64,000 bases of DNA from Podarcis vaucheri. Taxonomy: Eukaryota. The notes beneath the pieces are model-generated. The model was not told where the DNA came from and did no database searches. It saw only the letters and a program-made list of their open reading frames with translations. Below are positions 25,345 to 38,294 of the stretch, piece after piece. The DNA lies in the NCBI GenBank assembly GCA_965113315.1, contig OZ220369.1. One strand, written 5' to 3'. The position numbers were made by a program, and so were the translations under genes. Positions within the stretch are counted from its first letter, which is position 1, and each line of letters starts with the position of its first letter.

Positions 25345-25640
25345 TAGCTCTCATACAATGATGCACAGTGTGATGCTAGGTGGCATGGGCCCAGGCTTCC
25401 GGAAAGATTGTATCTCCCCATACCAACCTGCCTGGGTGCTGAGATCCTTGGGGGAGCACCTTCTCTCAGTCCTATCAACATCAGAGTAAAGGGTGAAAGT
25501 GACAAGGGAGAGAGCCTTTTCTGTGGCTGCTCCCATATTGTGGAATTTCCTTCCAAGAGAGGAAGCTTGGCTTCCTCTTTGTTATCCTTCCACCAGCAAG
25601 CTAAGACTTTCCTGTCCAGACAAGGCTTTTGGAAACTAAG
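25345..25640 (+). mobile_element. Degenerate L2 LINE 3' fragment
   Basis: Similar to 47430-47760 (LGP.YL.DRL.PY...RAFSVAAP.LWN region). Confidence 0.65.
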
Positions 25641-25869
25641 GAGCAGGTGGTGCTAATCTCTGGGCTGCTGTCAGGGCAAACTGTATTTTAATTTATGGTT
25701 TGAAATGTGTTCTGATTTGTTTTATTATTGTTTTCAACTAGTTTGGCTTAATTGTTTTGTATTTTATAATGTTTTTAAAAGTTGGAACAGGTTTTGTAAT
25801 CAATGCCAGATTTAAGGCAGTGTGGATGGTTCCCCCCCCCCAGGGTACCAAACCAAGGGGGACAAAATA

Positions 25870-25908
<39 letters not shown>

Positions 25909-26284
25909 ACAACAACAGCAGCAGCAGCAACAACAACCTATACTTATGAGTGTTCCAACGGAGAAGATCCATAAAAAGCAACTGTACCAAAGGGAATTAT
26001 TGTGAAAATAAGACAGGGCGGATTTGTCCTCGCTCAGGGCACCGCATTACCAAAATCCGCCCCTGTTTGTATCCCAACTTGGGAGAAAGGCAGCATGTAA
26101 ATAAGGGACTCAGCTATACAGCTGCAAATAACATGTTTTGTGTTTTAAGTGCAATATACAGTGTGAAACTAGATGGCGATGGTGAGCCTTATGGAAAATT
26201 CAATGTATTTTTTAAAACGCTTAAAAAAAAAACATTTTCAGAACTTTTGTGTGTGTGTGTAGATTCCACCACAGTAAGTAAATA

Positions 26285-26528
26285 CAGTGGAACCTCGGGC
26301 TGCGAACATGATCCGTGTGGGAGGCACGTTCACAACCCGCAGCGCTGCGTCTGCGCACGTACATGATGCGATTCAGCGCTTCTGCACATGGGCAAAGCAC
26401 GATTTAGCGCTTCTGCAGATGCATGAGCGCCAAAACCCAGAAGTAATCTGTTCCAGTACTTCCAGGTTTGGCACGTCTGTAACCCGAAAACTCGCAACCT
26501 GCAGCGTTCGCAATCCGAGGTCTGACTG
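26285..26528. mobile_element. Tc1/mariner (Tigger-like) MITE
   Basis: CAGTGGAACCTCGG...CCGAGGTCTGACTG imperfect TIR with TA flanks. Confidence 0.8.
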
Positions 26529-27505
26529 TAAATAAAATGAATAAGTAAGGATTTGCTTCCTCAGGAGTAAAACACACTCCTAAGTAAGTGTGTCTAGAAT
26601 TGCAACATGTAATGCAATATCATTAATGAGTTCTAGATACCTTTTGTTCCAGAAGACGTAACCTGGTGAAAATGCATTTTAGTGGGTGGCCTTGACTCTT
26701 AGGCACATATTTTGCTCCAGCTGTACAATTATTAAACAATTATAGGTCTTTCGAAAGAATGAATAAAACAAACTATTGTTCACAGCACACTTCAGATTTC
26801 ATCTCTGTGCAGGGCAGAGCCAGGAAAGGGATGTAGAGCCATTCTCTGATGCTAACCTTTCCTTCCTCATGACAAGAGTCCCCCAACCTCCCAGAGGATC
26901 TAATAGGGAAATCATTTATCTTAAAGGCCTAGAAAACATGTCACGTCCGATTAGCAGGCAATGTATTCCCTTTTTAAAAAGCACACACACACATTATTAT
27001 GCCTCATGTTGATATGCTGGCTGTATCTTGGCTAAAGCCCTGGGAAGTGGGAGCTACCTTAGAAACTAATTATTTGGACTGAATTGCTGAGTAAATTCAC
27101 TCTGAGTAGGCACACAATGCCTGCCTTTATATTTGAGTTGCCCAGCTTCTGCTGCAAGTATGCCACAAATCAATTCCCAAATATGTGATAATGCCCATTC
27201 TGTGACCTCTATAATAGCTGAGAAATAAAATACACTAAGGCTGCCTGAGAGCTGAGGTGCCAGGTTACAAGGGCAATTGGGGTGCTGCTGCTGACATTGC
27301 ACACATGACATTGCATGGGTGCGACATATCGATGTCAGGACGTCATGCGTGCAATGCCAGGACATTGGGAGGCACCACAGGTGGAGGTGAACACAGTGGT
27401 AGTGTGGCTTGTGATTCCTCTGCCTCCTCCTGCCCTCACCACTGGTGGGGGGCTGCTTCTACCCTCTTTCCCCTCTGCAGCAGGAGGAGGAGGGAGAAGA
27501 AAAAT

Positions 27506-28110
27506 AGTTTGTGTTTGATATCCTGCTTTATCACTACCCTAAGGAGTCTCAAAGGGACGCGGGTGGCACTGTGGGTTAAACCACAGAGCCTAGGACTGGC
27601 CGATCAGAAGGTCGGTGGTTCGAATCCCTGCGACTGAGTGAGCTGCTGTTGCTCGGTCCCAGCTCCTGCCAACCTAGCAGTTCGAAAGCACCTCAAAGTG
27701 CAAGTAGATAAATAGGTACTGCTCCGGCAGGAAGGTAAACGGCGTTTTCGTGCGCTGCTTTGGTTCGCCAGAAGCGGCTTAGTCATGCTGGCCACATGAC
27801 CCGGAACCTGTATGGCGGCTCCCTTGGCCAATAAAGCGAGATGAGCGCCGCAACCCCAGAGTCGGTCATGACTGGACCTAATGGTCAGGGGTCCCTTTAC
27901 CTTTACCTTTAAGGAGTCTCAAAGCGACTAACATTCTCCTTTCCCTTCCTCCCCCACAACAAAACACCCTGTGAGGTGAGTGAGGCTGAGAGACTTCAGA
28001 GAAGTGTGACTAGCCCAAGGTCACCCAGCAGCTGCATGTGGAGGAGTGGAGACGCAAACCCAGTTCACCAGATTACGAGTCTACCGCTCTTAACCACTAC
28101 ACCACACCAG
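27506..28110 (-). mobile_element. MIR-like/Squam3-type SINE, interrupted by a Sauria SINE
   Basis: Reverse-strand tRNA head (CTCTTAACCACTACACCACAC) and CORE-like body; continuous once 27554-27923 is removed. Confidence 0.75.
27554..27910 (+). mobile_element. Sauria SINE, full length
   Basis: GGGACGCGGGTGGC head, B-box GGTTCGAATCC, (ACCTTT)n tail, 13-bp TSD AAGGAGTCTCAAA (27541-27553 / 27911-27923). Confidence 0.95.
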
Positions 28111-28599
28111 CTCTTGGGAAGAGGAAGAGGAGAAGGAGCTGGCTCTGTGCTCAGCCCCCTCTGTCCCCTGATATTTTTTACATTGACAGCAGCCCCTCCC
28201 AAAAAATACTTGGGGGATGGCAAAAGGGCTCGGCCCCCCAGAAGTTAGTGTCCCTGCCTGGGAGGAAGCCCCATTCAACTCAGTGGAGCTTACTTATGAG
28301 TAGGCATGGCTAAGCATTGTGGAGCAGGGTGAATAAAATGGTCAGGGAACTTGAGTATCTCCCTTATGACAGGGATGGGGGACTTCAAAATGTTGTTTGG
28401 CTACAATTCCCATCATTCCAGACTACCCACCACACTGGATGCGGCAAACAATATCTAGCGTGTTGGTTTTTTTTAAGGTATATAGCCTATTTTTAAAAAG
28501 TAAAAACCATTTTTAAAATGTGAAATATTTGAGCAAGAGCTGATTGGCAAAGAATTTCAGGTTTGGAAGTCCTGTAAGAATAATATAATTATTTAGGAG

Positions 28600-28885
28600 A
28601 TGTCTAGGAGTTGCCTCTAGTGGCAAGGAGGTCGACAGGGTGGGACCTCAGTCTTTGGTAAAGGCCAGATGAACCTCAGTGATATGGCAGACCACCAACA
28701 GTGCCTCATCAGAGGATCTCAGTGACTGAGGCAAAGCATAAGGAATCAGGTGGTCCTTGAGGTCCTTAGGCCCAAGTTGTTTAGAGCCTTGTAGATTCTG
28801 CGCTAGCAGCAGCTTCTGGACCAGATACAAGGGCAGCCTCACACAAAACACATTACAATAATTGAGTCTTGAGCTTACCAATGCA
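28600..28885 (-). mobile_element. Degenerate L2 LINE fragment
   Basis: SSRLNYCN...LVQKLLLAQN...LGPKDLKDHLIPY matches the L2 ORF2 C-terminal motifs. Confidence 0.8.
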
Positions 28886-30229
28886 TCTGAGGCTATCAGA
28901 CTATCTGAGTCTAGAAATTTTGTAAAGTTTGGAGATCAGGGTGAATTTTGAAACCTTTCCCAAAGTTGGTTTCAGGCACATGATGATAAAACGTTTTCCT
29001 GACCGGTGGCTGGCTATCTTTGCTAACATTCCACAACTGAATCTGGCTTCTTGGCATTAAATCTGTATCTCTGTGACCTTCATCCCTCAACTTGACTTCA
29101 ATTTCTGCTAATTCCTTTTCACAAAATAAATTGCATCAGCCAGGGCTGCATTTAGCCAACTGCAGTTCAAATTGTTTCTGTTCTTTCCCCTAAATTCCTT
29201 CTCCAGATTAAATGCTGATGCACCAAAGGAACCACTCTTGGCTGAGGCGGGCAAGGCCTAATTAGATTAGTATGGATTTTGGAATTGGGTAAGTACTGTA
29301 TCAGTAGCCTCCCTAGAAAATAGGTGACATGTCACGGGATATTAAGGATGGCCATTTAATGTAAAAACTTGGGTAACACATGAGTTAAATGGAGAAAATG
29401 AGGGAATGCTTTTAACCATTCTCTCAATTCAGACTGCAGAATGGTACATGCAAGTGGTGCTGATTGACATGAGCAGAAGGCCATTATGGGGCTGTGGTAT
29501 AAAATCATTACAGTAAAAAGCATTTCAGAGCTGCAGAGTGATAGGACCAACATATAATGAATTATCAATAAAGAGCAGGTGATTCGGTTACATTACCTAT
29601 GAACAGAAAGTGTTCCTTTATATTATTTTTAATTGGCCTTTCAGATGACTGGAATATTCAGTGCTTCCCCCAAAGTACAGGAAATGTCCTTTCATTTCAC
29701 ACACACACACACACTTCAGTTTGACGGGCGTATAGGGCATCCAAATTATTATGCACAGACTTGAGCACGCTTATCCAACCTAGTGCCCTCTGGAAGTTTA
29801 GAACTACTGTTTCCTTCATCGCTGACTATTGACCATGCTTCCTGAGCCTGATAGGAGTTCAACACCTCTGGAGACCATTAGGTTAGGAAAGGCTGGTAGA
29901 AGGATTATCATTTCTGCAAAGCAAGACCACCAGTTTATTTTTCCTTTTTTTCATTACTGTGGCATTAGTGCTGGTACAGTGGTGCCTTGATAAATGATAT
30001 TAAGGTGCATGGAGCCTTTCTGAAGGTGAACCCCCCCCACACACACACTTTTAGCTCAAAGGGGAAGCATGCGGCTCAGCAGTAGAGCATCTGCCTTGCA
30101 CGTGGAAAACACCAGATCCAATCCCTGATATCTCCAAGTAGGGCTGAAATCACCCACCCACACCCCACCCACACCTAGGACTCTGGGGCAGTCCAAAATG
30201 GTGCAATCCAGCAAAAGAGTTTTGCTGAT

Positions 30230-30990
30230 GTTGTAGCCTGGCTTTGAAAGAAGAAGTGAGAGGGTGTTAAGACATGAGTGTAAGTCGAATATGTAATGCC
30301 AAGAACTGCTGAATCCTAATTTTACCTTTCGTTGCCTTGAGCGAGTTACTCAATATCCTTTTAAATAAAAATAAAAAAAAAAAAAATGCTCATCTTTAAA
30401 ACTTGGATAATAACCGCCTATTAAACTTTTAAAAAATATGTGATGAGAATTAATTAGCAACATGTTTATGGGGTGCGTCAAAGATGGGGGAGAAATGCCA
30501 CAGAGGTACAATGTATTAATGATGTTTAATTAATCTAGACTAGTAGCCAAGATTTTTATTTTCTCCATATTTTTTACCCCCTCTCATGGAAACGGTAGCC
30601 AAATGCAATAAAAAAAAGGGCTGAGTAATTCATTTTATGGAAATGACTGCTTGTTCATATTATATATATATTGAAACACACCCCACAGATGGTGATTATA
30701 CAGATGAACTACACACACACACACACATTGTGGCTATTGCTCAAGCATTACATCACTTTAAGCCTTGTAGCATATTATTAAATGTAATGGAATCTGCCAT
30801 TATCAAAAGGGGAATGCGGGTGCTGATGGATGTTAAATGCATGTTACCTCTTTGTTAATGGGAGATTTGGGGCATCTATCTCTGGCAACACGCTGGGCAA
30901 ATTTAACGGGTGGTACTGTACAAGAGCTGTCAAGTCATAATTCAAGCAATCTGGGGTTTGCAGTGTATCACTTACTTGTGGGTTAGAAGT
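30230..30990. promoter_or_regulatory. Putative conserved non-coding element
   Basis: Unique AT-rich sequence with TAATTA palindromes and a PBX-HOX-type TGATGGATG at 30824; conservation is inferred. Confidence 0.4.
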
Positions 30991-31127
30991 CGGTCTTGTT
31001 TTTGTTTAGCACACTGTACCAAAAGAAAAAAATATATCCTACATGGGTAAGTCACTATAGCTTAGTGTAAGAATGTGGGATGGGGGGGGGGGAGGGAGGT
31101 GATTCAGTTCACATTTGTAGGTGAACT

Positions 31128-31285
31128 TAGAATCATAGAATCATAGAATCATAGAGTTGGAAGAGACCACAAGGGCCATCGAGTCCAACCCCCTGCCAAG
31201 CAGGAAACACCATCAGAGCACTCCTGACATATGGTTGTCAAGCCTCTGCTTAAAGACCTCCAAAGAAGGAGACTCCACCACACTT
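31128..31285 (-). mobile_element. CR1 LINE 3' terminus
   Basis: (AGAATCAT)n, the reverse complement of the CR1 octamer tail, followed by a CR1 3' UTR; inserted in a family A repeat. Confidence 0.88.
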
Positions 31286-31537
31286 CCCTAATTTGACTTT
31301 CTTTGAGGGGGGAGAGCAAACAGAAACATCCATCAAATTCTGAACTTCTCCCAATTTTGTGATGCAGTTCCTCAGCCAGGTACATAATGTGTACAAATAT
31401 TGGGGTAAAATGTGGATATAAATGCAGTTCAAGGTCTAACTCTTGTTGCTCTTCGAAAATCTTTTGCTGTCCTTCATTTCCAAACAATCCCTTCAGCCTT
31501 TTTGGAGGGAAGGTATATAAATGACAGAGGAATCCAG

Positions 31538-31580
31538 AAGGAAGGAAGGAAGGAAGGAAGGAAGGAAGGAAGGAAGGAAG
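31538..31580. repeat. (GGAA)n microsatellite
   Basis: Directly visible. Confidence 0.97.
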
Positions 31581-33796
31581 GACAAGTTGAAGCAGAACCA
31601 CTAATTAGAACATACGGTTCACATACATTAAAAATGTATTGTTATGGCTACCTCTGGAGTTAGGCTAATCCTATGATTTCTAATAATGTCCTGTAAAATT
31701 CTTGGTCTATTGAATAACTTATTCCAGCTTTTCTCTAAAATAGTTGTGTGTATTTTTATATATATTTTTAAAAAAATATATGATGTCATTGCAAAGAGAT
31801 GAAGGGGAGCGAAGCAGTTCAATTTGAAATGTTGCTGAAAGTGATCTTTCTTTTCCCCAAATAGTGTGAGTTATTTCTTGAGCTCAAAAGCCCTTTCCAC
31901 TCATAAAAAGTCAGTCTTAGGTTGCATTCAGAAGTGCGGAATATTGCCTTAGTTTTTCCGATTATAATGCTAGTGGTTTTGGCCAATTTCTCATGTTCCT
32001 TTCATATGGCCGTACCTCTTGTGTTAAGGAACTGTGGCTTTTTGATGGAAATCCTGGCATGTCACACTACATTTCATTCACACCAATGGGTGTGGCATCA
32101 ATGTATGTCATTGGACAACATCACTACTTCCCTATGCTTTCTATGTATGTGTGCTTCTGCTCCCCCATGCTCCCCTCCCTGATTAAAATAGCAATAAATA
32201 ACAGTATGCTGGAATATGACCAAAAATGTTATCATTTTACTCCTGTGATTTTCTGGGTTAAGGGATTTTTTCCCCCTGGAGTCCAATAAATGGAAATGAG
32301 TGCTAAACAGGTCCTATATTGCATCAGTTTCCTCGAAGTGGGTTTTACACTGTATGAAAGCTCAAATATAAGGCAGAAATGAACAGGTAGGGAAACATCA
32401 GGGAAGTGGAATAAATTGCTGTGTGAATGCAGCCTTTGCTTCCTATGGAGTAGTTGACATAGCATCCCATTTGAATGTCTGATGAGGCTTGGAGACCCAC
32501 CCCCCAAACCATCTCCCGCTCCCCTCTCACTCAGTCTCTTATGCGTGCACACACACCAAGAATCCAGATCAAATGTTTAATCAAAAGAACATCAGAGAGC
32601 ATTAACCAGCCTAGAGATGCGACACCAGAATCACAGCTTTGGCAGGGAATTATTATTTTTGGCTGGCCATATGTGCCGCAGGTGCACTCCACTCCGAGCA
32701 AAAAGGCCAAGTTCATTAAGCTTACAAAATCTATGCTAAATCCTAGGCTATTGAGCAGATAAATTAAAAATTGTTGGACCCTTCCAATCAAATCTGCAAG
32801 GACCTCAGACTTGCTCTAAAAAGTTACATTTAATTAAGCAAGTAATATATTTCACTTCCAGGCAATACCTTGTGAGATTCCAGTTGCCTTCTGCAGGAAG
32901 CAGTTTAGTAGCTAGCACCGGAGAAGTCAGCAAGTCCAAGTGGTTGGCTGGTGTAATGGGGTTCCCCACCCCCTCTCGCTGGGCTGACAAGCTCTTAATG
33001 CATGATATTTCAGGGAAAGGGTATGTGCTTTTGTCTAATATGCAGCCCTCTCCACATAATGCTCTCCAAATCCTGAGAAGCCAAAAGGAGAGTGGGATTG
33101 TGTCCTCTTAGTGATTCTCCTCCCCCTTCTCCTCCTCACTCACCTTTCAAAAACCACCTTTCTGTGCCTGGTTAGAACAAGCCAATTTGAACATTAAAAA
33201 AATTAAAAAGTTGTAAAGGGCTTGTCTCTCAAAGCCGTTAGCAAGGCGCCTCTTGCCCCTGATCACATTTCATAAATGCCTTGATTAAATTTCAAATAAA
33301 TTATAAGAGCTCCTGCTTGTATCACCTTGAAGAAAACTCCCTTACTGTTAGATGCTAGCGACAGAAGAGGAGGAGGTTATATTTTAAGGAAGAAGCAAAG
33401 CAAAGACTTGCTATGTCCACCATGTCCTATAGTTGGGTGTTTAGTTGAAATCTGGATTTTTTTTAAATGAATTTATTTGGAGGGGTGAAGGGAATGTCTA
33501 TTCCTCAGAATCTTATGTTTACATATACAGTATTTAACCATTTAGTGCAGGATTGGGCTATATTTCGGAGCCTAAGAGGATCGTTCCAGGGGCCAAATGG
33601 CAGGTGGGGCGGATGAAAAATTGAGCAGGGTCAGAAGCAATTGTGGGTGGAGCAACAGAAAAGACACTGACATTGGTACAATAGGCTACATCCCAGCCAC
33701 ATTAAAGTCAGAGGTTTCTACTGACACATACATGCACACACACACACAAACGGTAAGCCACTATGGTATCCAGGTGGTGAAAAGTAGGGTATAATA

Positions 33797-34605
33797 CTGT
33801 ATTGGCCCAAATATAAGCCACACCCACAAGTAAGCCACACCTTTAAAATTTGGCAGATTGGGGGAGGCTTGGGAGCGGCGGATGGGCTGGGCACCATTGC
33901 TCTGTGCTCCTGGGCTGATTCTTGGGGGGGGGGGGGAGTCACACCACTTTGCTGGTGGCATAAGGTCGCGAATATAAGCTGCACTTTAACTTTTCATTTT
34001 TTCATTTTTTAAAAATATATTTTTTATTAATTTTCCATTTAAACATATATAATCACATCATTATTATCCACTTTACTTCTTTGGCTCTTTAGAGCCTGTC
34101 GGCTTCCTTCCCTCCCACCTCTTGGCTTTCAAAAGTAACATTTATATCACAGCATTTTATATATTTTCCAATTCTAATATAACTCATTACAAAATACCTC
34201 AAAATTTAAATAAATGTAAAAAGGTAAAACAGAAAATTCTCATTACAAGTCTTCAGATAGCCCTACTAGTGTTGTTAATTGCTTACAATGATCTTTCAAA
34301 TATTGTATAAATTTACTCCAGTCTTTTTGGAAGACTTGATCATGCTGGTTTCGGATTTTTCCCATCAGCTTCACCAGTTCCGCAAAGTCCATCATTTTCA
34401 TCTGCCACTTTTCTTTCTTTGGTACTTCTTGTTGTTTCCATTTTTTAGCTAAAAGGATTCTTGCCACTGTTGTGGCATAAATGAACAGTCTTTTATCTTT
34501 TATCTTTCTTTCTTTCTTTCTTTCTTTTTTGGTATGCACTTTAACTTTTCATGATCAGAATTTGGAAAAAAAGAAGACGTGTGGCTTATATTTGGGGCAA
34601 TACGG
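33797..34605. mobile_element. Tc1/mariner (Tc2/pogo-like) MITE split by an L1 insertion
   Basis: TIR CTGTATTGGCCCAAATATAAGCCAC / GTGGCTTATATTTGGGGCAATACGG with TA flanks. Confidence 0.82.
33998..34534 (-). mobile_element. 5'-truncated L1-clade LINE 3' end
   Basis: KDKRLFIYATTVARILLAKKWK...WQMKMMDFAEL is homologous to the L1 at 14055; 18-bp TSD TGCACTTTAACTTTTCAT at 33980-33997 and 34535-34552. Confidence 0.92.
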
Positions 34606-36217
34606 TAAATCAAGAACCTCAAGGCAACATGCATGAGTGCCATGGTTGGCTGAGAGAAGAGTTTTATTGGTACCATTACCTGGCGCTCAATGAGCATTAG
34701 TGGCTGCAACACTCAATGTATTTGTGAGCATTGGCCCTTTATGGAAAGCACATTCAGGCAAACATACTGGATAAAAATAGTAGCCATCTAGGTCATGCCA
34801 CTGCCACAATGCTCCAAGCAGCACCCAGGAAATTTGAGGCTTGCTCAGCCAAGTCATATTTCCCTCAGTGCCCCTGACATAGTGCTGCTCCAGAGCACGG
34901 TGGAGCAACTAAAATGGAGTGTAGACCCAGACTCCTGGCATTGGTTAGAGGCCTGTGACAGGTATTACACTATCTAAGTTCTGGGATCCCAGCAGCTGCC
35001 CAGTGATGACAGGTGTTGAAGCTGTGCAAGTGATTGGGCAGCATTCAGGCAGTGTTTTATTCTGTTTTCTCAAGGATGTCCTTCCTGGTGATTTTCACAT
35101 CTCATGCCATCTTTCAAATGACATAAAAGCCGCTTCTGGAAATCTAGTGAAAGTTCAGCCATTCATTTCTGTGTTAATTGCTTCTGAAAGGAGTGGTGGT
35201 GGACATGCATCCTACTTGACACTGAATATATAAAGGATTGTCCAACCCAAGTCCAGTTAAAACACAAAGCACCAAAAGAAGGAAGAGCAGGAGCCTTGGT
35301 GTTCCCCATCAACATCTAACACCCAACCAGTTCTATTGGTGCTTGAGGTTCATAGGGGAAGCAGGAAGTGCTGGGTCACAAGTTGAAGTCAAACATCAAA
35401 GAGCATCCAGGACCTTGGATAGCCCCACAGATTTACGGTATATATGCTTTTTCTTTAAAGGTAGTGCTGAGGAGGCATTTGGTCAACTCACCTGAAGCAG
35501 GACAGAGTACTGAATCAGCATTCTGTCAATTGGATTGGGAGGGTGATGGGAAAAGGAAAGATAGTGAGCTTCCATGGCACAGACGCAACCTTACCGAGGC
35601 AAAGCATTGTGGGATATTCACTCACTCAATATTTTCAGAAAGAGAACACAAACCAGCAGTAACTAAGTCAAGGAATCCATAAAGAGGCAGTGTAGCAAAG
35701 ACAAAAGAAGATTACAGAAGCTGCTGCTTGAATAGTTAATGCAGGCTGTAACTCTTCCAAGAGATGCAGGGAGCACATATATGAAAATGGGCCGGGGACA
35801 TCATTAGATCACAACACAATCAATCTCTTTATCATGGTCAATTGCCAATATTCATAAACTTTGGTATTATGAAGTAATACCAAACAAAGCCAAATATAGA
35901 ACGAGAGCAATAACATTACTAATAACTGTATCATAATACAGAACACCAGAGGCATAGAAAACAAAATTGCAACTTCTATCATAATAAACAGCAAGCAAAA
36001 ACATTTAAACATTCACATCCAGTACGTACATAGCAAATTAGAAACACCATAAAAATGACACAAACCCATCAACTACTAAAAGCAAGTTTTGAATCTGGCA
36101 TCTAAGAGAATTCAGAGTTGATGCGCAACACATCTCAAGAGTTCTGAGGTCAACATTTCCCCCACACAGGCTTAATTCAGACTTTAAGGAAGCTTAAGGT
36201 GGTTTGATGTGATAGAG

Positions 36218-36541
36218 CATGGATAGGCAAACTAAGGCCCGGGGGCCGGATGCGGCCCAATTGCCTTCTAAATCCGGCCCACGGAGGGTCCAGGAATCAG
36301 GGTTTTTTTACACGAGTAGAATCTGTCCTTTTATTTTAAATGCATCTCTGGGTTATTTGTGGGGTCTGCTTGGTGTTTTTACATGAGTAGAATATGTGTG
36401 CTTTTATTAAAATGCATCTCTGGGATATTTGTGGGGCATATGAATTTGTTCATTTTCCCCCTTCAAAATATAGTCCAGCCCCCCCCCACGGTCTGAGGGA
36501 CAGTGGACAGGCCCCCTGCTGAAAAAGTTTGCTGACCCCTG
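36218..36541. mobile_element. hAT (Charlie-like) MITE
   Basis: CATGGATAGGCAAACT / AGTTTGCTGACCCCTG termini, GGCCGGATGCGGCCC subterminal motif, 8-bp TSD TGATAGAG / TGATAAAG. Confidence 0.85.
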
Positions 36542-37850
36542 TGATAAAGGAACTGACAAACCATAGCTTCTGGCTGGCTAGATTTGGACACTTCCTCAGT
36601 TCTACACTATGCTATTTGGGCAACTAGAACTGTCCACGGCATTTCAAATAGCACCATGGTAAAGTTTTGTATAACAGCATTGCAATACCAGCACGAGTTT
36701 TCAGCAAGAAGGTGTGTGTGGGAGGGGGGAATTATTAAGAGTTGGCTTATGGACTGTCATGTCCATTATAAGAACTGCCATTTGAACAGATGCCAAACCT
36801 GAATCACCACTTATCCTATTGAGAATGAAACTGAATAAAAGCCTGTCTAAATTCTGTGTCAGCCTCCATATCATATGTTTCATTCAATAAGGCAATCAAG
36901 ATAATAAGAAGGTAGGGGAAAAGCTCATTAATGGTCAAGGCAGACACTGAGTCAGGTTTTCCTTTATTGCTAGTGTATCCGGACGATTTTCATTTATTGG
37001 GGTTTTAATGTGAAAGGGAGAAGTGTTATGGGGAGAGACAATGTCCCCAAGGGTCACCCCATACCAGAAAGTTTTCATTGAGCAGAACCACAGCAATGCT
37101 TATAGAGCTTTATTGCCTGAATATTAGATTTTGTTTAATGGGGGGGGGGAGAGAATGAAAATCAAATGTCTCTGGAATGTTTGAGGATATTTAAATCCAT
37201 ATAAATCCATTCATTTGTGGGGAATAATGTTTCTCAATATCAGTTGCTGGAAACCACAGGAGGAGAAAGTGCTCTGGTGCTCAGATCCTGCTTACAGGTT
37301 TCCCACAGGCATCTGGGAGGCCACTGTGAGAAAAGGATGCTGGACTAGATGGGCTGTTGGCCTGATCCAGCAGGCTTTGTTTATCATTTATGTTATTGTA
37401 TGTATATCATCCATCCTGGAAAATGAAAGGATTAATTATTGTTAACTTAAAAGGGACAAAAATGCAAAGACTCTATTCGGTGAAACTTAGTCATTATGAA
37501 GTCCTCAGAGTATCATACTCAGAGTAGACCCACTGAAACTATTATAAAATAAGAAATGAAAAGCCCTGCTGTCCTTCTGGTCCATCAGCCTGTTCTCACA
37601 GTGGCCACCCAAATGCTCCAATGGGAAGCCTTCAAGGAGGACCTAAGTGCAACTGAGCTCTCACCATCCACTAGAACAACTTATTGGTCAAGACTAATTG
37701 AAGCCCAATAACATTGAATGGAGGAATTCATGCACCAGTTTAACCAGAACAGGACCAAGAGGTGGAAGGAGAAGGTGAACATGGGCTATAATGGATAAAG
37801 ACTGACAAACCATGGATAAGCATGGATAAGCTAAGAATGTATCAAGTGAT

Positions 37851-38294
37851 TGTCAGGAGCTTGTCCTACACTCGAGTAGGACCCTGGCAGAGACACATGC
37901 CCAACTGGCATGTTCTCTCCCTCCTAGTCGATCATTTGGGAGCTTCATTAGCTTTCTTCAGCCCAAACATCACAGTGACCGATGCCAACAGACACTGGCA
38001 CACAGGGATCCGCAGAGTCTTCGCAGCTTGCGTGACAGACCTCAGCAACAGCATTTTGGCTAATCTACTTTATTTACATATAAACACACATGGAGCACTG
38101 CAACATGGCTTCCTCTGTCTCTAGCATCAGACACAAAGAGGGGGAAAAAACAAAGGATAATAATCCCACTTCATGGAACACAGTAACACAAACATCCTGT
38201 TTCCGTCACTTCTCACTCTGTGGAGCCAAAACATACACCGTCATGTGATAGACAACAATCCCATGACTGCAATCATGGAGCAAGAATTCTAACA
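37851..38294 (-). mobile_element. Probable solo LTR
   Basis: TGTCAG...CTAACA termini (TG..CA), minus-strand AATAAA near 38070, flanks GTGAT / GTGCT (4/5 TSD). Confidence 0.65.

Noticed and set aside
27554-27640. tRNA gene (A and B boxes)
   Set aside because: SINE head; no full cloverleaf.
28610-28628. CTCF-like GCCACTAGAGGCA
   Set aside because: Misses the GGC core register and lies at the edge of an L2 fragment.
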